63,363 nt of DNA, filler included, from Octopus bimaculoides (GCF_001194135.2; 4 parts of 4 records of this genome joined end to end with filler, not necessarily neighbours in it), one strand, 5' to 3'; counted from the whole stretch's first letter, positions 48,586 to 62,915 are shown. Notes: generated by a model from the letters alone, not told the origin. A program made the numbers and translations.

Positions 48586-51507
48586 GGATGGTTGGATGGA
48601 TGGATGGATGGATGGATGGATGGATGGATGGATGAATGGATGGACACACGGTTAGACAGACAGACAGATAGATAGATAAATAGGTAGATAGAGACACAGA
48701 GAGAGACCGAGAGAGAGAAGCAGGAAGGTAGGTAGGTAGGTAGGTAGGTATTACAACGAGTTTCTGCACAGTTTTTGTTAACCAAATCCACTCACAAGGC
48801 AATGATTAGCCAGCCCGAAGCAATAGTAGAAGATACGTGCTCAAGGTATCATGCAGTGGGAATAAACTCAAAACCATGTGACTGAGAAGCAAACTTTTTA
48901 CCACACAGCCTCGGCCTATGCATGCTTATTTATCCTAGAGCAAACTTTCCTGTGGATAGTGTTGTAAATTCTTTAGTAACACTATTATGCTGTAATGGAA
49001 AACATGACATTTTTGGCCAACTGCTTATCACACGTATCGTATTTACACAGAAATTTGATATAATTGACATTTACAGTGGCATCATGCAAGTTTAAGGAAT
49101 TCATTTTTTTTTGTTTTTTTTTTTTCAAGCTATCTCTTACTACTAGGTGGCAGTTCTGTGGAAACCTTATCGCAATTCTATGGACAGTTTTATGGTTTTT
49201 GAATGCCTGCAAACATTCCAATAACCTTACAGGAGTTTCAATAAAATTTAATATCTGCATTAGCCAATTCTCGGGCAAAGAATGCCGGCTTTTGTCAAAA
49301 CTGTTCAACCGTAAAATGGTTTAACCCTTTGCCTGTCCTGTGTGTTACAGGGTGATACATAAGACATATTTACCTAGAGTCCATGCATCACATATGATAC
49401 ACATTCCCCTTTTGTTATTCGAACCGCCTGAGTAACTTTGGACTTTCGAAAGAAAAGCTTTTTTATTGCTTAGAATGTTTGAAGCAGGGGCTAACTAAAA
49501 GTCTGAAAACAAACCAGGGCGTATAGGGCAAACTATGGAAATACTCTGGACAGGCTAAGGGTTACATCTAAGTGACCTTCATCCCATTAATTCATGGACA
49601 GCTTCATAAAGTTAAAAGATTTTTCATGGCAGTTACTAAAAGCAGTGGAGCAAATCTGAATGAAATAAAGACAAAGTGAAGAGCGTTAGCATCATCTCAC
49701 ACAACTCAAAGATTGTATAGTATCAGTTGCTGTTAGCAGAGCCGTTTTAGCTGCATTATGGCGCACCCTATCCCCAACCAAATCTATGCACTGGGCACTG
49801 TGATACTTATTTATTCACAGCAAATAACAGTATATATAGATCAGAGTTGAGGACTAGACCCCTAAACTTCAGTATCACAATACCTTAAGACAACACAGGA
49901 AGTCAATGTTGGGGTAGCTGTTACCAACATTAGCCATGATTATTTAACTCAAAACGATGAAAAGGCAAAGTTGGCTTCGGTGGGATTTGAACACAGAGCC
50001 TGGGGAACCGAAACAAATGCCGCAAAGTACTCTATCCGCGGTTTTAACGATACTGCTAATCAACCACATTGCACACATACGCACAAACACACGCATACAC
50101 ACACACACTCGTCTATATATACATATATATATATNNNNNNNNNNNNNNNNNNNNNNNNNNNNNNNNNNNNNNNNNNNNNNNNNNNNNNNNNNNNNNNNNN
50201 NNNNNNNNNNNNNNNNNNNNNNNNNNNNNNNNNNNNNNNNNNNNNNNNNNNNNNNNNNNNNNNNNNNNNNNNNNNNNNNNNNNNNNNNNNNNNNNNNNNN
50301 NNNNNNNNNNNNNNNNNNNNNNNNNNNNNNNNNNNNNNNNNNNNNNNNNNNNNNNNNNNNNNNNNNNNNNNNNNNNNNNNNNNNNNNNNNNNNNNNNNNN
50401 NNNNNNNNNNNNNNNNNNNNNNNNNNNNNNNNNNNNNNNNNNNNNNNNNNNNNNNNNNNNNNNNNNNNNNNNNNNNNNNNNNNNNNNNNNNNNNNNNNNN
50501 NNNNNNNNNNNNNNNNNNNNNNNNNNNNNNNNNNNNNNNNNNNNNNNNNNNNNNNNNNNNNNNNNNNNNNNNNNNNNNNNNNNNNNNNNNNNNNNNNNNN
50601 NNNNNNNNNNNNNNNNNNNNNNNNNNNNNNNNNNNNNNNNNNNNNNNNNNNNNNNNNNNNNNNNNNNNATATATATATGTAGATATATATTGTATTATCT
50701 ATATGTATAAATGTAGATACATACAATCATACATATATGCACACATTTATCTTTACATATATAGACATACATATACACATATAGGCATACATATCTACCA
50801 ATTTCTATGTAGCTATATGTATAAATTGATAGTTATTGATATACATATATATTTATATATGTATATGTGTGTTTGTCTGTGTCTCTGTGTGTGTATGTGA
50901 ATGTCTGTGTGTGTGTTTGTAAATACACACATAGAAATACACAACATCACTCGTAAACCGAAGACGTGCTATATGTGATGTTTACAGAAATATAACTATA
51001 TAACTACTCAAAGATGTATGTGTGTGTGTATGTGTGTGTGCAAATATCAGTAATAATCATCTTTCAATGGAAAACGACAAAGCTTTAATTAAGACACCAA
51101 TTTAAAATAATTCATATAATTAGATTTAACTACAGCAACTCAATTATTTCGTTCAATTTGTTAAAACTACTTTAATCAATGGCGTTCTTATTCTCTCAGT
51201 TCCTCGTCATAATCATTATCATCCTCATCGTCGTCGCTGCTTTCGTCATTGTTATCGTTCTTTTCGTTTGTTCGGGATGTGAGTGGGGGAGACATTATTC
51301 CTTTTGATGTTGGAAAAAGATCTGAATATTTAAACAACGTGAGACACTGCCTGACCTCTGTCAGTGTGTGTGTGTATTGTGAAGACGGACGTAAACGTGA
51401 AAATATGTAAGCGCGAGTTTGTGTGTCCCTAAATATGTATGCTATTTGTAGTTAAGTAAATGTGTTTATATGTATGTGTGTATGTAAGTGTAGTTATTTG
51501 AATACAT

Positions 51508-51548
<41 letters not shown>

Positions 51549-51923
51549 CATATATATATCTTATGCTGTGTATGCAGAGTCATCGTTTTTTAGTGCCTTA
51601 TTATTTCAAACACTCACCGGTTCGATTTCCACTCGTTTACGTATTTATTTATTTATTTGTTTTCGTTGCGTCTTGCAGCCTTTCCAATAGTCGTGAGTGT
51701 ATTAAATAAATAAGGCAATAAAAGAGAATGACTCTCTACAGATAATAATATATGTTTCAACATACGAATTCACATAAAGAATCTTGCAAACCAAATACAA
51801 ACACAATATATATATATATATCTGTGAGCATATGTATGTTTGTGATTTACGCGTATGTCTGTTGCTTTTTTTTTAAGATCATACTATTAGCAATGTATTC
51901 ACTATACGCAAATAAGCAAGCAC

Positions 51924-51997
<74 letters not shown>

Positions 51998-52440
51998 ACA
52001 TGAAAAGCCATGTTACCTACACAAAAAGTCAAATCATTGACCGATCACCAGAAGACTTAGCACCGATCAAGCCACCCTTTTTCTCAGTCTTGGTTCCAAC
52101 TTCCATTTACAACGAAAATACGACCAAAACCATGAAAAAATGAAATAAGGTTATTGAGCCACTTAAAATTGAAAAACGTCCTACGTGAGAGTATTTCCAT
52201 GATATATTGACCTGTTAAAAATAACAGCTAAATCCTCAGCCTAATAAACAGTTAAATCCTAAAAAGAAAAAATGTAATCTTAGATTAACTATATTTGAAA
52301 GGATTTGGAATGGTCACGGCTGAACCACTTTTGATTACAGCTCATTTCATCTCCTTCGTTAATTGAAAGAGATAGTACAACACTGTGGTTCATTGTAGAC
52401 CGACATAGAATATCATACTATGCTGTACAATGCCAGATAG

Positions 52441-52541
52441 TATCGTCGAGTATTATCGAGTATCGTAGAGTACCGTAGTGTGCCGTAGAGTGCCGTAGAG
52501 CATCAAACACCGTAAAGTACCGTAAAATACCGAACAATACC
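52441..52541. repeat. Decaying 10-bp minisatellite (taccgtagag-like)
   Basis: gtatcgtagag taccgtagtg tgccgtagag tgccgtagag ... taccgtaaaa taccg. Confidence 0.7.
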
Positions 52542-53299
52542 CTCTACCCTCGTTTGAAGTTGACACTTTACTATGTGTGAGTGTGTGCGTTTGTGTGTGT
52601 GTGTGTGCATATGTTTGTCTGTGTATGATTGTATGTTATGTGTGCGTGTGTATCTGCTTATGTGTCTGTATACGTTTGTATATTGCGTATGTTTGTGAAT
52701 GCCTATGCGCGTGTGTGTGTGTGTGTGTTTCTGTGTGTGTGTGTATCTGTATCTGTGTCTGTGTGTGTGTGTTTATGGGACTGCATATGTTTGCACATTG
52801 TATGTGTTTAGTTTTTCAAATACGCGTTGTAAAAGATGGAACAATACAAAAATTAAAAAATAGGAAGAAAGGAAGGATGAAAGATAGATAGAATAGAAAA
52901 ACAAAGAAATACAATAACGAAGAACACAAACAAATGGAAAAAAGAAAAGAAAAGAGAGAAAGAACCCGAAGACGAAAGAAGTAAAGCAAAGAGAAGGGCA
53001 AGCAAATATTTTGCGTTTGTCTGGAGTAAATATTTTCAATCCATCTGAAAAGAGGAGAGATGTCTTTTAAATCAGTTGTAGGCATTGATTTGTTGTAGAA
53101 ACCTATTGAACAGCTATTGTTGTTGCACTCAATAAAATTTCACAGAGAAAACAAATCAGTGAAAAATATAGGTGAGGAAGTAAGGGGTTCCCAGTGTGAT
53201 CCCCACACAGCCAAAGAGCACAGCCAAACCTTACTGAAATCACACTTTACTATCTTCGAAATAAAACGTAAGACTGTGGCACAGTCACGAGAAAACTGC

Positions 53300-53400
53300 A
53301 GACCGCGGGTCGCATGCAGTCCGCTTGATTTCCTTTTGTGGCACACCTAACGAAAAATGACTTCGAACTGTCGTTTAGCTGTGCGGCCGGCCTAGTGATA
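53300..53400. mobile_element. Possible hAT/Charlie-type subterminal remnant
   Basis: cagaccgcgggtcgcatgcagtccgc resembles the ggcccgcgggccgcatgcggcccg subterminal motif of hAT MITEs. Confidence 0.3.
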
Positions 53401-54229
53401 AGCCGTGTTTCAGGCGGACTTCTCAACAAAAGTTGTCCCTGCTTGTTGTAGATTGTAGAATGCAGATTTTTATCTTTTTTTATTTTACTGCATTGAACTG
53501 CAGCCATGCTGGGGCACCGCCTTGAAGAATTTTAGTCGAACAAATCAACGAATCCTGGTACTTATTCTGTCGATGTGTCTTTGCTGAAACACTAAGTTAT
53601 AGGGACGTAAACACACCAACACAGCTGGTGATGCTAGACAAACTCAAGCACACACACACACACACACACACACCCACACACACACACACACGCACATACG
53701 ACGGGCTTCTTTCAGTTTCCGTCTTCCAAATCCACTCACAAGGCATTGGTCGGGCCGAAGCTATAATAGATGGCAGTTGCCCAAGGTGCCACGCTGTGGG
53801 ACTGAACTTGAAGCCATGTAGCTTGGAAGCAAACTTCCTACCATACAGCCAAGACAGAAAAAGATCGACAGAGTGATCATGGAATGGATTGTCATTGATC
53901 ATAGGTCCGCTGGATTAAGACTTACCTGGGGTTTACACCGTAACAACCGTCACAACAATAACATCAACAACAACGGGCAATGATGAAAGCGCTATGTGGT
54001 CATCTTAGATGTAGCAACCAAACCTCCCTCAAATCAAGCCTACCTTTCTTAAAGAAAGAAGAACATATTGGATAACGTAATCAGAGTTATGTAGGAGAAG
54101 TGAAAGCAAAGAAGAGACGATTGTGACTGGAATGCTATGGATCAGGATTGACCCGTGTTTAAACAACAACAACATAAAACAAGTAAATAATGTAACCACT
54201 ATGTGGTCGCTCGGTCTGCTAGAAACAGC

Positions 54230-54860
54230 AACCAAATCATATCACACTCTGCAATAGGAAGAATACTCTGGAGTGTCATTGTTACCGTCATTGTTGTGAT
54301 GTTGCCGGTAGAGGCTCGTCATCATAGTCGTCGTCGTCGTCGTGATGTACATGGTGGTGGTGGTGGTGGTAGCGCAAGTGGTAGTGATTTTGATGGTGAT
54401 AGTGCGGTTGCTATTAGTGAGATTAATGAATCTGATGACGACGATTAAAATGATGATGACGATGATGATGGCGAAAGTAGTGGTTATGATGGTTATGACA
54501 GTTACCATGATGACGGTGCTGATGATATAGAGGATGATGATGATGATGGTGGTGGTGGTGGTGGTGATGGTTGTGGTGGTTGTGGTAGTGGTGGTTATGA
54601 TGGTTATAATGATGGGGAGCATGAGAAGGATGATAATGAGAGAGATGAGGAGGAGGAGGAAAAGAGGAAGAAGGGGAAGGGGAGGGAGAGGGAGGAGAAG
54701 GATGTGCGATGGAGTTGGTTATGAGGGTTATGAAGGTTGTGATGATGACGATGATGATGATGATGATGATGATGACGATGACGACGACAATGATGATGAT
54801 GACAACAGTGATGTAGACGACGATAACGACGATGACGATGATGAAAATGATGATTAGGAC
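54230..54860. repeat. Compound trinucleotide low-complexity tract (GAT/GGT/GAG/GAC); similar tracts at 35455-35625, 57000-57620 and 58060-58450
   Basis: Directly visible; gives spurious homopolymer ORFs in several frames. Confidence 0.9.
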
Positions 54861-55854
54861 TATGGCGGCCAACACCACCACCCACTACCACATATTCATA
54901 AAACGATATAACAAACACACACACAATATCGGTTCAGTGTCATAAACCACACGCATACACACACACACACACATACACACACACACTACTCAATGTCACT
55001 CAATAAAACAAGTTTCTCAATGAATTATTTAAATCCCATCGACCATCGAAATCTTGAAAAAGAAAACCTCCTTTAAAACAATACTTTCTCTCTTGACCGC
55101 CAGATGTCGTCGTCATCATACTCCTGATTATTATTCTCACCATTTTCTTTCTCTCTTTTTAATTTATTTTATTATTTACTGTTGTATTGTTTGTTTTGTT
55201 GTTGCCATTGTTTCTTTTGTTGTTTTGGTCTCATTATTGTCGTCCTGTCTTTCCTTTCTTCAGTGCAATAATCTAATCTTAATTGATTAAAGACAATTGC
55301 CATTCTCAATTGCAATGATTTCCTTCGTGTTCTGACGTTCTCAAAATTCAAAAAAAGGAAAAAGAAACAGTGAGGGGCTATTGTAAATGACACTGAGCAA
55401 TTGTGGGTGTGTGGTAAGGAGTTTGCTTCCCAACCACATGGTTCCGGGTTCAGTCCCACTGCGTGACACTTTGGGCAAGTGTCTTCTATTATAACCGCGG
55501 GCCGACAAAAGCCTTGTGAGTGGATCTAGTGGATAGAATCTACTTCAAGTTCGAAGAAATCAAGCAATATTGTGGTGATGTCGTTCACGAAAGCAGACAC
55601 ATTTCTGTTGTGTCTCAGCTGGAGCAAACTCACACTCATCTAATTTCAGTTGCAACAACAACAACCATGGCAAAGGGCTGTGGGCAAAGAGTCTTAAATG
55701 TTCTTCATATCTGAAACATCAAGGCTTTCTGCATCACCACTATCCCACTATTCGGATTCTTTTACGTTACAGCATCCGAAACCGCTCTCCCACTCTCTCA
55801 CTCTCTCTCACTCTCTCTCCCACACTCTCTCTCTTTCTCTCCCACTCTCTCTCT

Positions 55855-55928
<74 letters not shown>

Positions 55929-56739
55929 CACTCACTTTATTCTTCTATTCCTCTTGTCTCACCTTCATTTCAAAATACAAATTCACTCCGAACTTGTCTT
56001 TCACATTTATCCACGATTACACCGAATCAGTTCCTCCAAAATATTTGATAAAAGGATCAAGCTCTATTATTATCATCATTCAAATTAATAAATCATTTCC
56101 ATTTGTACAGAAATCCAAACATCTATCTCTCGTAAAATATTTTCAATGCTTTCTTCTTTTTTTTTCTTACATCATGTTTGACTAATCCGTAAGAAAGATT
56201 GTTACTTGTTTGGTAGAAGCCAAATTGTATTCCATTTATATTTTCTTCGATGGACCCTCTAAGCAGCTTTATAAAGAGTCTTGTCTTTAGGTTTTTCCCT
56301 TCATTTCTTCTGAACTGTTTCAGAAATGTAACACATATCCTCTTCCTGGCGAATTTCGTGAAATTTTCTTCTTTTATTTTTATTTTTTAACAATAAATTT
56401 AAGTCTGACAGCAAACATGACGCTTCCGGCATTTACAAACCTGGTTTTGTGTAGAGATTCCATGCTTTTTTTTTTGTTTCTGTCGTTATTTCTCATTATA
56501 TTCTGTTCATTAACGTTATTGCCGTCGATAGTGTTACGAGGCACGCCATTTTGTTTGTGTTGGCGTTTCTGTTATCTTCTTCATGTTCTTGTGCGTGCTT
56601 AGCATATTTGTGCTAATTTCAATATTTTCAGTATTGCTTGTAACATCAAAGGCATACAAAATATTAATCTGGAACGCCGCTACCATCGTGATCAGTATTG
56701 CCTGTCACTACTTCCTCAGTAGTCACATTGTCAAATCTT

Positions 56740-56806
56740 TTTGCTATCTCCACGGCAGCCATGTTGTTAAATATTTTGCTACCTCCGCGGCGACCATGTT
56801 GTTAAA
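56740..56806. repeat. 35-bp tandem duplication
   Basis: tttgctatctccacggcagccatgttgttaaa / tttgctacctccgcggcgaccatgttgttaaa. Confidence 0.7.
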
Positions 56807-57026
56807 CAGTCTACTCGAAACACAAGCATAATAACAAATATTTAATATTTTTATGAGTTGCGAAATTTGAACGTATTTTATTTCAACACTTATTCCGGAA
56901 ATGTTAACAAAAGATTCAAACCAAACAAAAAAAGTCAACAAAGTTTAACTTAAATTTGAGGAAAATATTAAATTTTAAATACAATTGTAAGCGATGGAAT
57001 AATAATAATAATGTATATTAATAATG

Positions 57027-57081
<55 letters not shown>

Positions 57082-57263
57082 CAACGACAACAGTAAAAAT
57101 AATAGTAATAACAACGACGGCACCAGCAGGAACAATAGTAACAATAGCTGTAACAACAATAAAAACAACTACAATGATGATGATGATCACCATCATCATC
57201 ATCATCATAACCATGATCATGATTATGATCATGATGGTGGTGGGGTGATGATGATAATAGTGG

Positions 57264-57316
<53 letters not shown>

Positions 57317-57349
57317 CTGATTCTCCAGGACATGTTGATTTACACTGCC

Positions 57350-57495
57350 AGGGAGATTAAGGCATATCCTCCCGATATTGTTATCGAAGAGCCTCAGGAA
57401 AGGAAATGGCTCTCAACGGCCATATCAGTTCCAACAGACAACAATACAGCTTTCATAGAATTGCAGAAATTATCCGAATATAAACGTTTTTCTGG
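57350..57495 (+). mobile_element. Degenerate R4/Dong-type restriction-like endonuclease fragment
   Basis: PPDIVIEEPQERKWLSTAISVPTDNN...QKLSEYK parallels the RPDIV..CLIID.SVP.D.N...KLSKY motif of the copy at 24.7-25.1 kb. Confidence 0.65.
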
Positions 57496-57708
57496 AGAAT
57501 AGAGATAAACGGAATGGTTGAGGTTTGGAAACAGATACAGTTCTAATAATAATGATGATGATGATGCTGATGATGATGATGATGATGATCATCATCATCA
57601 TCATCATGGAACTGGTGGTAATGGTGATTTAGGAATCACTTAAAGGTATAGTCGGCAAATACACAACCAACGTAGCACACATACACACACACACATATAC
57701 AACGTACA

Positions 57709-57752
<44 letters not shown>

Positions 57753-57823
57753 ACATACACATACATGTATGTATGCATATTCATACACAAATATACATGC
57801 ATATATATGTGTATGAATATATA

Positions 57824-57871
<48 letters not shown>

Positions 57872-59004
57872 ATCTCTCTCTCTACCCCATATAACTTCCA
57901 TAAACTAACACTGCAATACATTGTACACACGACATTGAGTGCTTAGAACAGAAGACACGAAAAACCTAAAAATTAATCAGTGCGCATGCGTAAGGAAAAG
58001 AGAGAAGTCCGCTCGTTTATACAGTAAAAGCACGAAACAAAAAACAACGATAAAACTACTACATCAACGTGGTAAATGAGGAGGACGACGACGAGGAGGA
58101 GGAGAATTAATAATAAGGATGACGACTAAAACGTTGATGATATTCAAGACGATGTGGATGATGACGATGACGATGACAACGGCAATAGAGATTATAGTGA
58201 TGGCTGTGTTGGTGATGGTGATGGTGGTGATATTGGTGGTTATTATTAGTATGGTGGTGGTAACATTGGTGGTGGTGAATGCGCTAGCGGCGACTATGAC
58301 AGTGATGGTGTTGCAGGAGATAGTGGTGATGGCGGTGGTTGTGGCCATGATGCTGTTGCTGATAGTATTGATGGCTGTAGTGGTAGTGATGGTGGTTAGA
58401 CTCATGGAAGATCTGCTCACTGTTGTTATAGTGGTTGAGGGGAGCGATGGGCGGTGGTCGGGTGGTGAAAGAGGGGCAAGTTGCAGATCAGTACACGCAA
58501 CTGATCTAGTCCAACATACACTTATCCCGGATTCTCATTTGTCGTTATAATGAAATTGTACATAATTGAATACACTTAAACGGTTGACTATATATACGTG
58601 TGTGCGAGTGTGTATGTGTATGTACGTGGGCGCGCGTGCGTGTGTGTCTGTGTGAATATGTATAGTCTGCTAACATGAGTAATACATATATATATTTATA
58701 CATGTTATATAACATATTCATACGTTGTGGGGGACAAACACGGAAACAGATACAAAGTGTATCTGTTTACACACACACACACGTGTGTGTGTGTGTGTAA
58801 ATGTATGCACTAAAGGTTTCAGTTTCCTACTACCAAATCCCACGAGCTGCGCAGTGGGACTGAAACCAGAACCATGTAGTTGGGAAGCAAACTTCTTACC
58901 ATACATCCACTCTTGTTAATACGAAATGCCCATAGGAAATACAATATATACATATATATATATAGCTTGTTAATATGTAAGTGCATGTATATATATATAT
59001 ATAT

Positions 59005-59232
<228 letters not shown>

Positions 59233-59274
59233 ATGCATATATATATAGATACACATACACACACACATACATAC

Positions 59275-59318
<44 letters not shown>

Positions 59319-60169
59319 CTTGTTAATACGTAAGTGCACGTATATATATATGTATATACATATATATACATACATACATACATGCATGCATGCATACATA
59401 CATACATACATACATACATACATACATACACACTTACATACATAAGTACATACATACACATATATATATTGCAGACAAGAAAGTAAATTTCGAATGTAGT
59501 AAAGCTGTAAGAACAGTAGAGAAAGTTGGGTATTTACCCATAGAAGGCGGAAAAAAGGTGTCAGTAGGTGGACGAGATACAAACCACTGCCCCTCTAGTA
59601 CCGACGAACTACGCTACCATTAAGCTAAACGGTTTGCTATATATATACATATATATCAGTAAATGGTGGGGTTGTGTTAACCGCACGTGGAGAAATGATA
59701 GGAAAGGAAAAACAAATAATAATAAGGTAGAATGCTAAACTGAAAGCATATTTTAATATAAATGGGTGTAAGAGAGATTAAAAAGGATTTCAAACCGGTT
59801 TTCATTGCATGGCAAATTTTCATTAGTATGGTGGTGGTATAATGTTCTTTCAAAAAAATAATAAATATATAAAACATAAATAAATAAATATACCAATACA
59901 TCATAATGTCTTTAAGCTTTTAAAGTTCAATAATATTCCATGGAAAAACTTGTTTGAAGGATTAGGATGCATGTGTTTCAGTGTAGTGTTTTTTTTCGAG
60001 AAGGCTGGATGTTTATGTGTCAAACAGAAAATGGGGTAGGAGTTATCCAGCTCCTGTGGATAAAGGGAGACAATCCTGTGGGTTTTATACTCTTTAATCG
60101 GAATGCTGGATTCTTTGTCAACAGCATGCTTATGTCTGTTCTTAGAAATACAAGTATCAAATATATATG

Positions 60170-60365
60170 TATTTAATTAGTTAGGCTAGGAAAAGGAATA
60201 CGGTCAAAGCGGAGTTTGCATATTAAGAAGCATCTGGAATTTTTCAATAAAAAGATTCTCCTTGTTGATTCTTTCTTGTGTAGAGATTGCGGACGATTTA
60301 TCTGTTCTTTATGGAATGCTACTCTTCTGCGTAAAGGCTGGCTCATCTGTCCGATATAATTGTGT
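60170..60365 (-). mobile_element. Penelope-like GIY-YIG endonuclease C-terminal remnant
   Basis: NYIGQMSQPLRRRVAFHKEQINRP, then after an internal deletion TQERINKENLFIEKFQMLLN. Confidence 0.7.
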
Positions 60366-60389
60366 TGGCAACCTGCACACTACCTGGAC

Positions 60390-60997
60390 CAAGAAGACTT
60401 CTCTTCTGGAACACGCTTAAAAATCACAACAAAGCTGAAAGTTATGGCAAATGGTTAAACTCATCCCCCGTCATACTACTCTGTAAATTCCAAATTAAAC
60501 ATATCCCAGACGAACCAGAACCACAACGCTCCCTAAGAGAAAAACTAACATTGGAGAGAATGAAAACTGAAGTAAAACTTTTAAAACTCAGAGAACACAA
60601 CCACGAACAAAAATACACAAAAATAGACGATGAGATGCTTTTGGAACTTACCTCACACACCAATCAACAGTCCCTCGAACATGTCATTAAACTATGGAAA
60701 GATGAATGTGAAAAAGAAGAACTAACTTCCCTTAAACGTTGGGAAAACAAAAAAAAATTCTTCCACAACAATGAAACACAATTCATATTAAACCACAAAT
60801 CCCAAAACCCATTCGTAAAAGGAACTACAACACATACTACCACTGTTCCCCATAAACACCACCCCAAACTACACCACAAACACACATACTCTTCAAACCC
60901 CCTCTACACAGGACACAACCTCCCCCAAACCCTACAAAAATCCCTTTCCTCCCCGAAGAAATTCATACAAAACCCAACTCAAAACCTGGATCTTTAA
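60390..60997 (+). mobile_element. Non-repetitive ORF remnant, probably retroelement-derived (ORF1-like or N-terminal, helical, charged)
   Basis: About 150 aa of complex sequence (WNTLKNHNKAESYGKWLNSSPV...KLWKDECEKEELTSLKRW), then a low-complexity AC-rich tail. No splice structure; fused to a Penelope remnant. Family not confidently identified. Confidence 0.4.
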
Positions 60998-61984
60998 TCA
61001 TTCTAACCCTCCTCCNNNNNNNNNNNNNNNNNNNNNNNNNNNNNNNNNNNNNNNNNNNNTTAATTAATTAANNNNNNNNNNNNNNNNNNNNNNNNNNNNN
61101 NNNNNNNNNNNNNNNAATTTGTGGGGTATGAGTTGATCTATATATAGCGTTAAGAGGGCTCCAAGACGGTGATAGAATTTTACTCTATCACGTGACCTTA
61201 TTAGGGGCCGTGATTGGTCAGTTTGCGTTCTGGCGGGAAAGGTTCGAAGAAGTTGCCGATTCGAATAATGATCAGTCACGTGATGTCAATGAATGGGTTC
61301 TCTACTACGCTCGCATTTATTTATATTTAAATGAGAAGATTGTATGTAATGGCGATAGTAGTTTGTATCTAATGGCGGGAGGTAGTTTCACTACACCTAG
61401 TTTCACTACATATATATATATATATATATATAGTATATACAGGATGTCAGTTATTTGGGATAAAAACTTAAGAGACATAAGTAGCCCAAACTTTAAATAT
61501 CGTCACTTTTTTCAACCCAACCCAACATGGAGGCTTCGAATCTTATGCGGAGATGAACAAGCATATTGTTCTCGTCGCTCTAACCCTAAACCACAGTGAT
61601 TCTGAGATTAGCACCCTCAATAATTGTCACCAGGCCCTTCATGCTTAAGATCAGAAAAAAACACCTGGTCTCTGCTGGGAAAGTGTCTTCACAAGTCACA
61701 AGCAAAATAAAATAGCGAAAACCATTCGCGACGGTCAGAAAAGTCGAATTTGTCGATCAAGTCCAGGTCATCATCAATGGGAATGCTAATTATCTCCGTG
61801 AGTCAATGATTAGACGTGTAGTGAGCGAAAACAACAGGTGCAAATTCTATGTTATGCGAAGAGGGCAGTCCAAATCCGATAAGACTCGGAAGAACCACAT
61901 TCCATAGGACCAGCATAGTTTTCTGATCCTTAGTTCTGAACGTTTTCAGAATCTATCTGTTCATTCGTCTGCAAACAGTCACTA

Positions 61985-62410
61985 TTTTGGGAATAAGTAC
62001 TTGAAACGACGCATTGTTGCTCATATAATTTATTGGCACTCCGTCGCTTACGACGTCGAGGGTTCCAGTTGATCCGATCAACGGAACAGCCTGCTCGTGA
62101 AATTAACGTGCAAGTGGCTGAGCACTCCACAGACACGTGTACCCTTAACGTAGTTCTCGGAGATATTCAGCGTGACACAGTGTCACAAGGCTGACCCTTT
62201 GAATTACAGGTACAACAGAAACAGGAAGTAAGAGTGAGAGAAAGTTGTGAAAGAGCACAGTAGGGTTCGCCACCATCCCCTGCCGGAGCCTCGTGGAGCT
62301 TTTAGGTGTTTTCGCTCAATAAATACTCACAACGCCCCGTCTGGGAATCGAACCCGCGATCCTATGACCGCAAGTCCGCTGCCCTAACCACTGGGCCATT
62401 GCGCTTCCAC
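61985..62410 (-). mobile_element. Well-preserved tRNA-derived SINE
   Basis: Head gtggaagcgcaatggcccagtggttagggcagcggac...gggttcgattccc with A and B boxes, followed by a ~350-bp non-tRNA body. Confidence 0.75.
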
Positions 62411-62439
62411 TTGTTTCTCATATAAGTACCCAGATTACG

Positions 62440-62915
62440 CACTGAAGGTGACTGGGATTTCCATTCCTTCTGGTTCGAAATATGTTTGTTGCAGCGTTGG
62501 CACAAGCTGGTTTACAGTGAATAGCTCGGAACTTTCCTGCATTAAATTGCATGTTGTTTTATTCATCCCATTTATGTATGTCATCTTGATCTTTCAGTAG
62601 ATTAAGGTCAAAAGGTTTCGTGACCGCTTGTGCTATTTTTGAATCATTAGCATAGCAAGTAGGAGTGGCTGCCAGAGAGCATTCACAAACTCCTTAGGCA
62701 CCCCACTCACCATAAATATGTCAGTTGAGAGGGATCCATTAGTTGCAACAGCCTAACTTCTGCCTTTTAAGTTGTCATGAAACTACTCACTCAGTCTTCC
62801 GACTATGTCAAGTGCACGTAGTTTGTGATATAACATCTCGTGATCAACTTTATTTAAGGCCTTTGCAAAATCGTGATAACCCACATCGACGTTTAAGCGA
62901 TTCATGAGTTGTTTC
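62440..62915 (-). mobile_element. CR1/L2/Jockey-group LINE RT remnant
   Basis: NVDVGYHDFAKALNKVDHEMLYHKLRALDIVGRL...SGVP corresponds to VDVIYLDFAKAFDKVDH...GVPQG. Confidence 0.8.

Noticed and set aside
49321-49700. piggyBac end (ttaa-ccctt) or mariner remnant
   Set aside because: No matching second TIR found, and the transposase similarity is too weak to support.
53919-53932. U1 snRNA 5' end (acttacctgg)
   Set aside because: Similarity stops after 10 nt; it is simply the complement of a strong minus-strand 5' splice-site consensus.
54203-54924. Poly-D/M/V/H ORFs (also 56968-57502, 58064-58550)
   Set aside because: Trinucleotide tracts open in several frames on both strands; no splice or compositional support.
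61700-61910. Coding-like segment on either strand
   Set aside because: Short frames bounded by stops, with no good splice sites or recognisable motif.
62340-62410. Possible tRNA gene
   Set aside because: It has A and B boxes but no acceptor stem or terminator and continues into a SINE body. The same applies to the heads at 28355-28420 and elsewhere.
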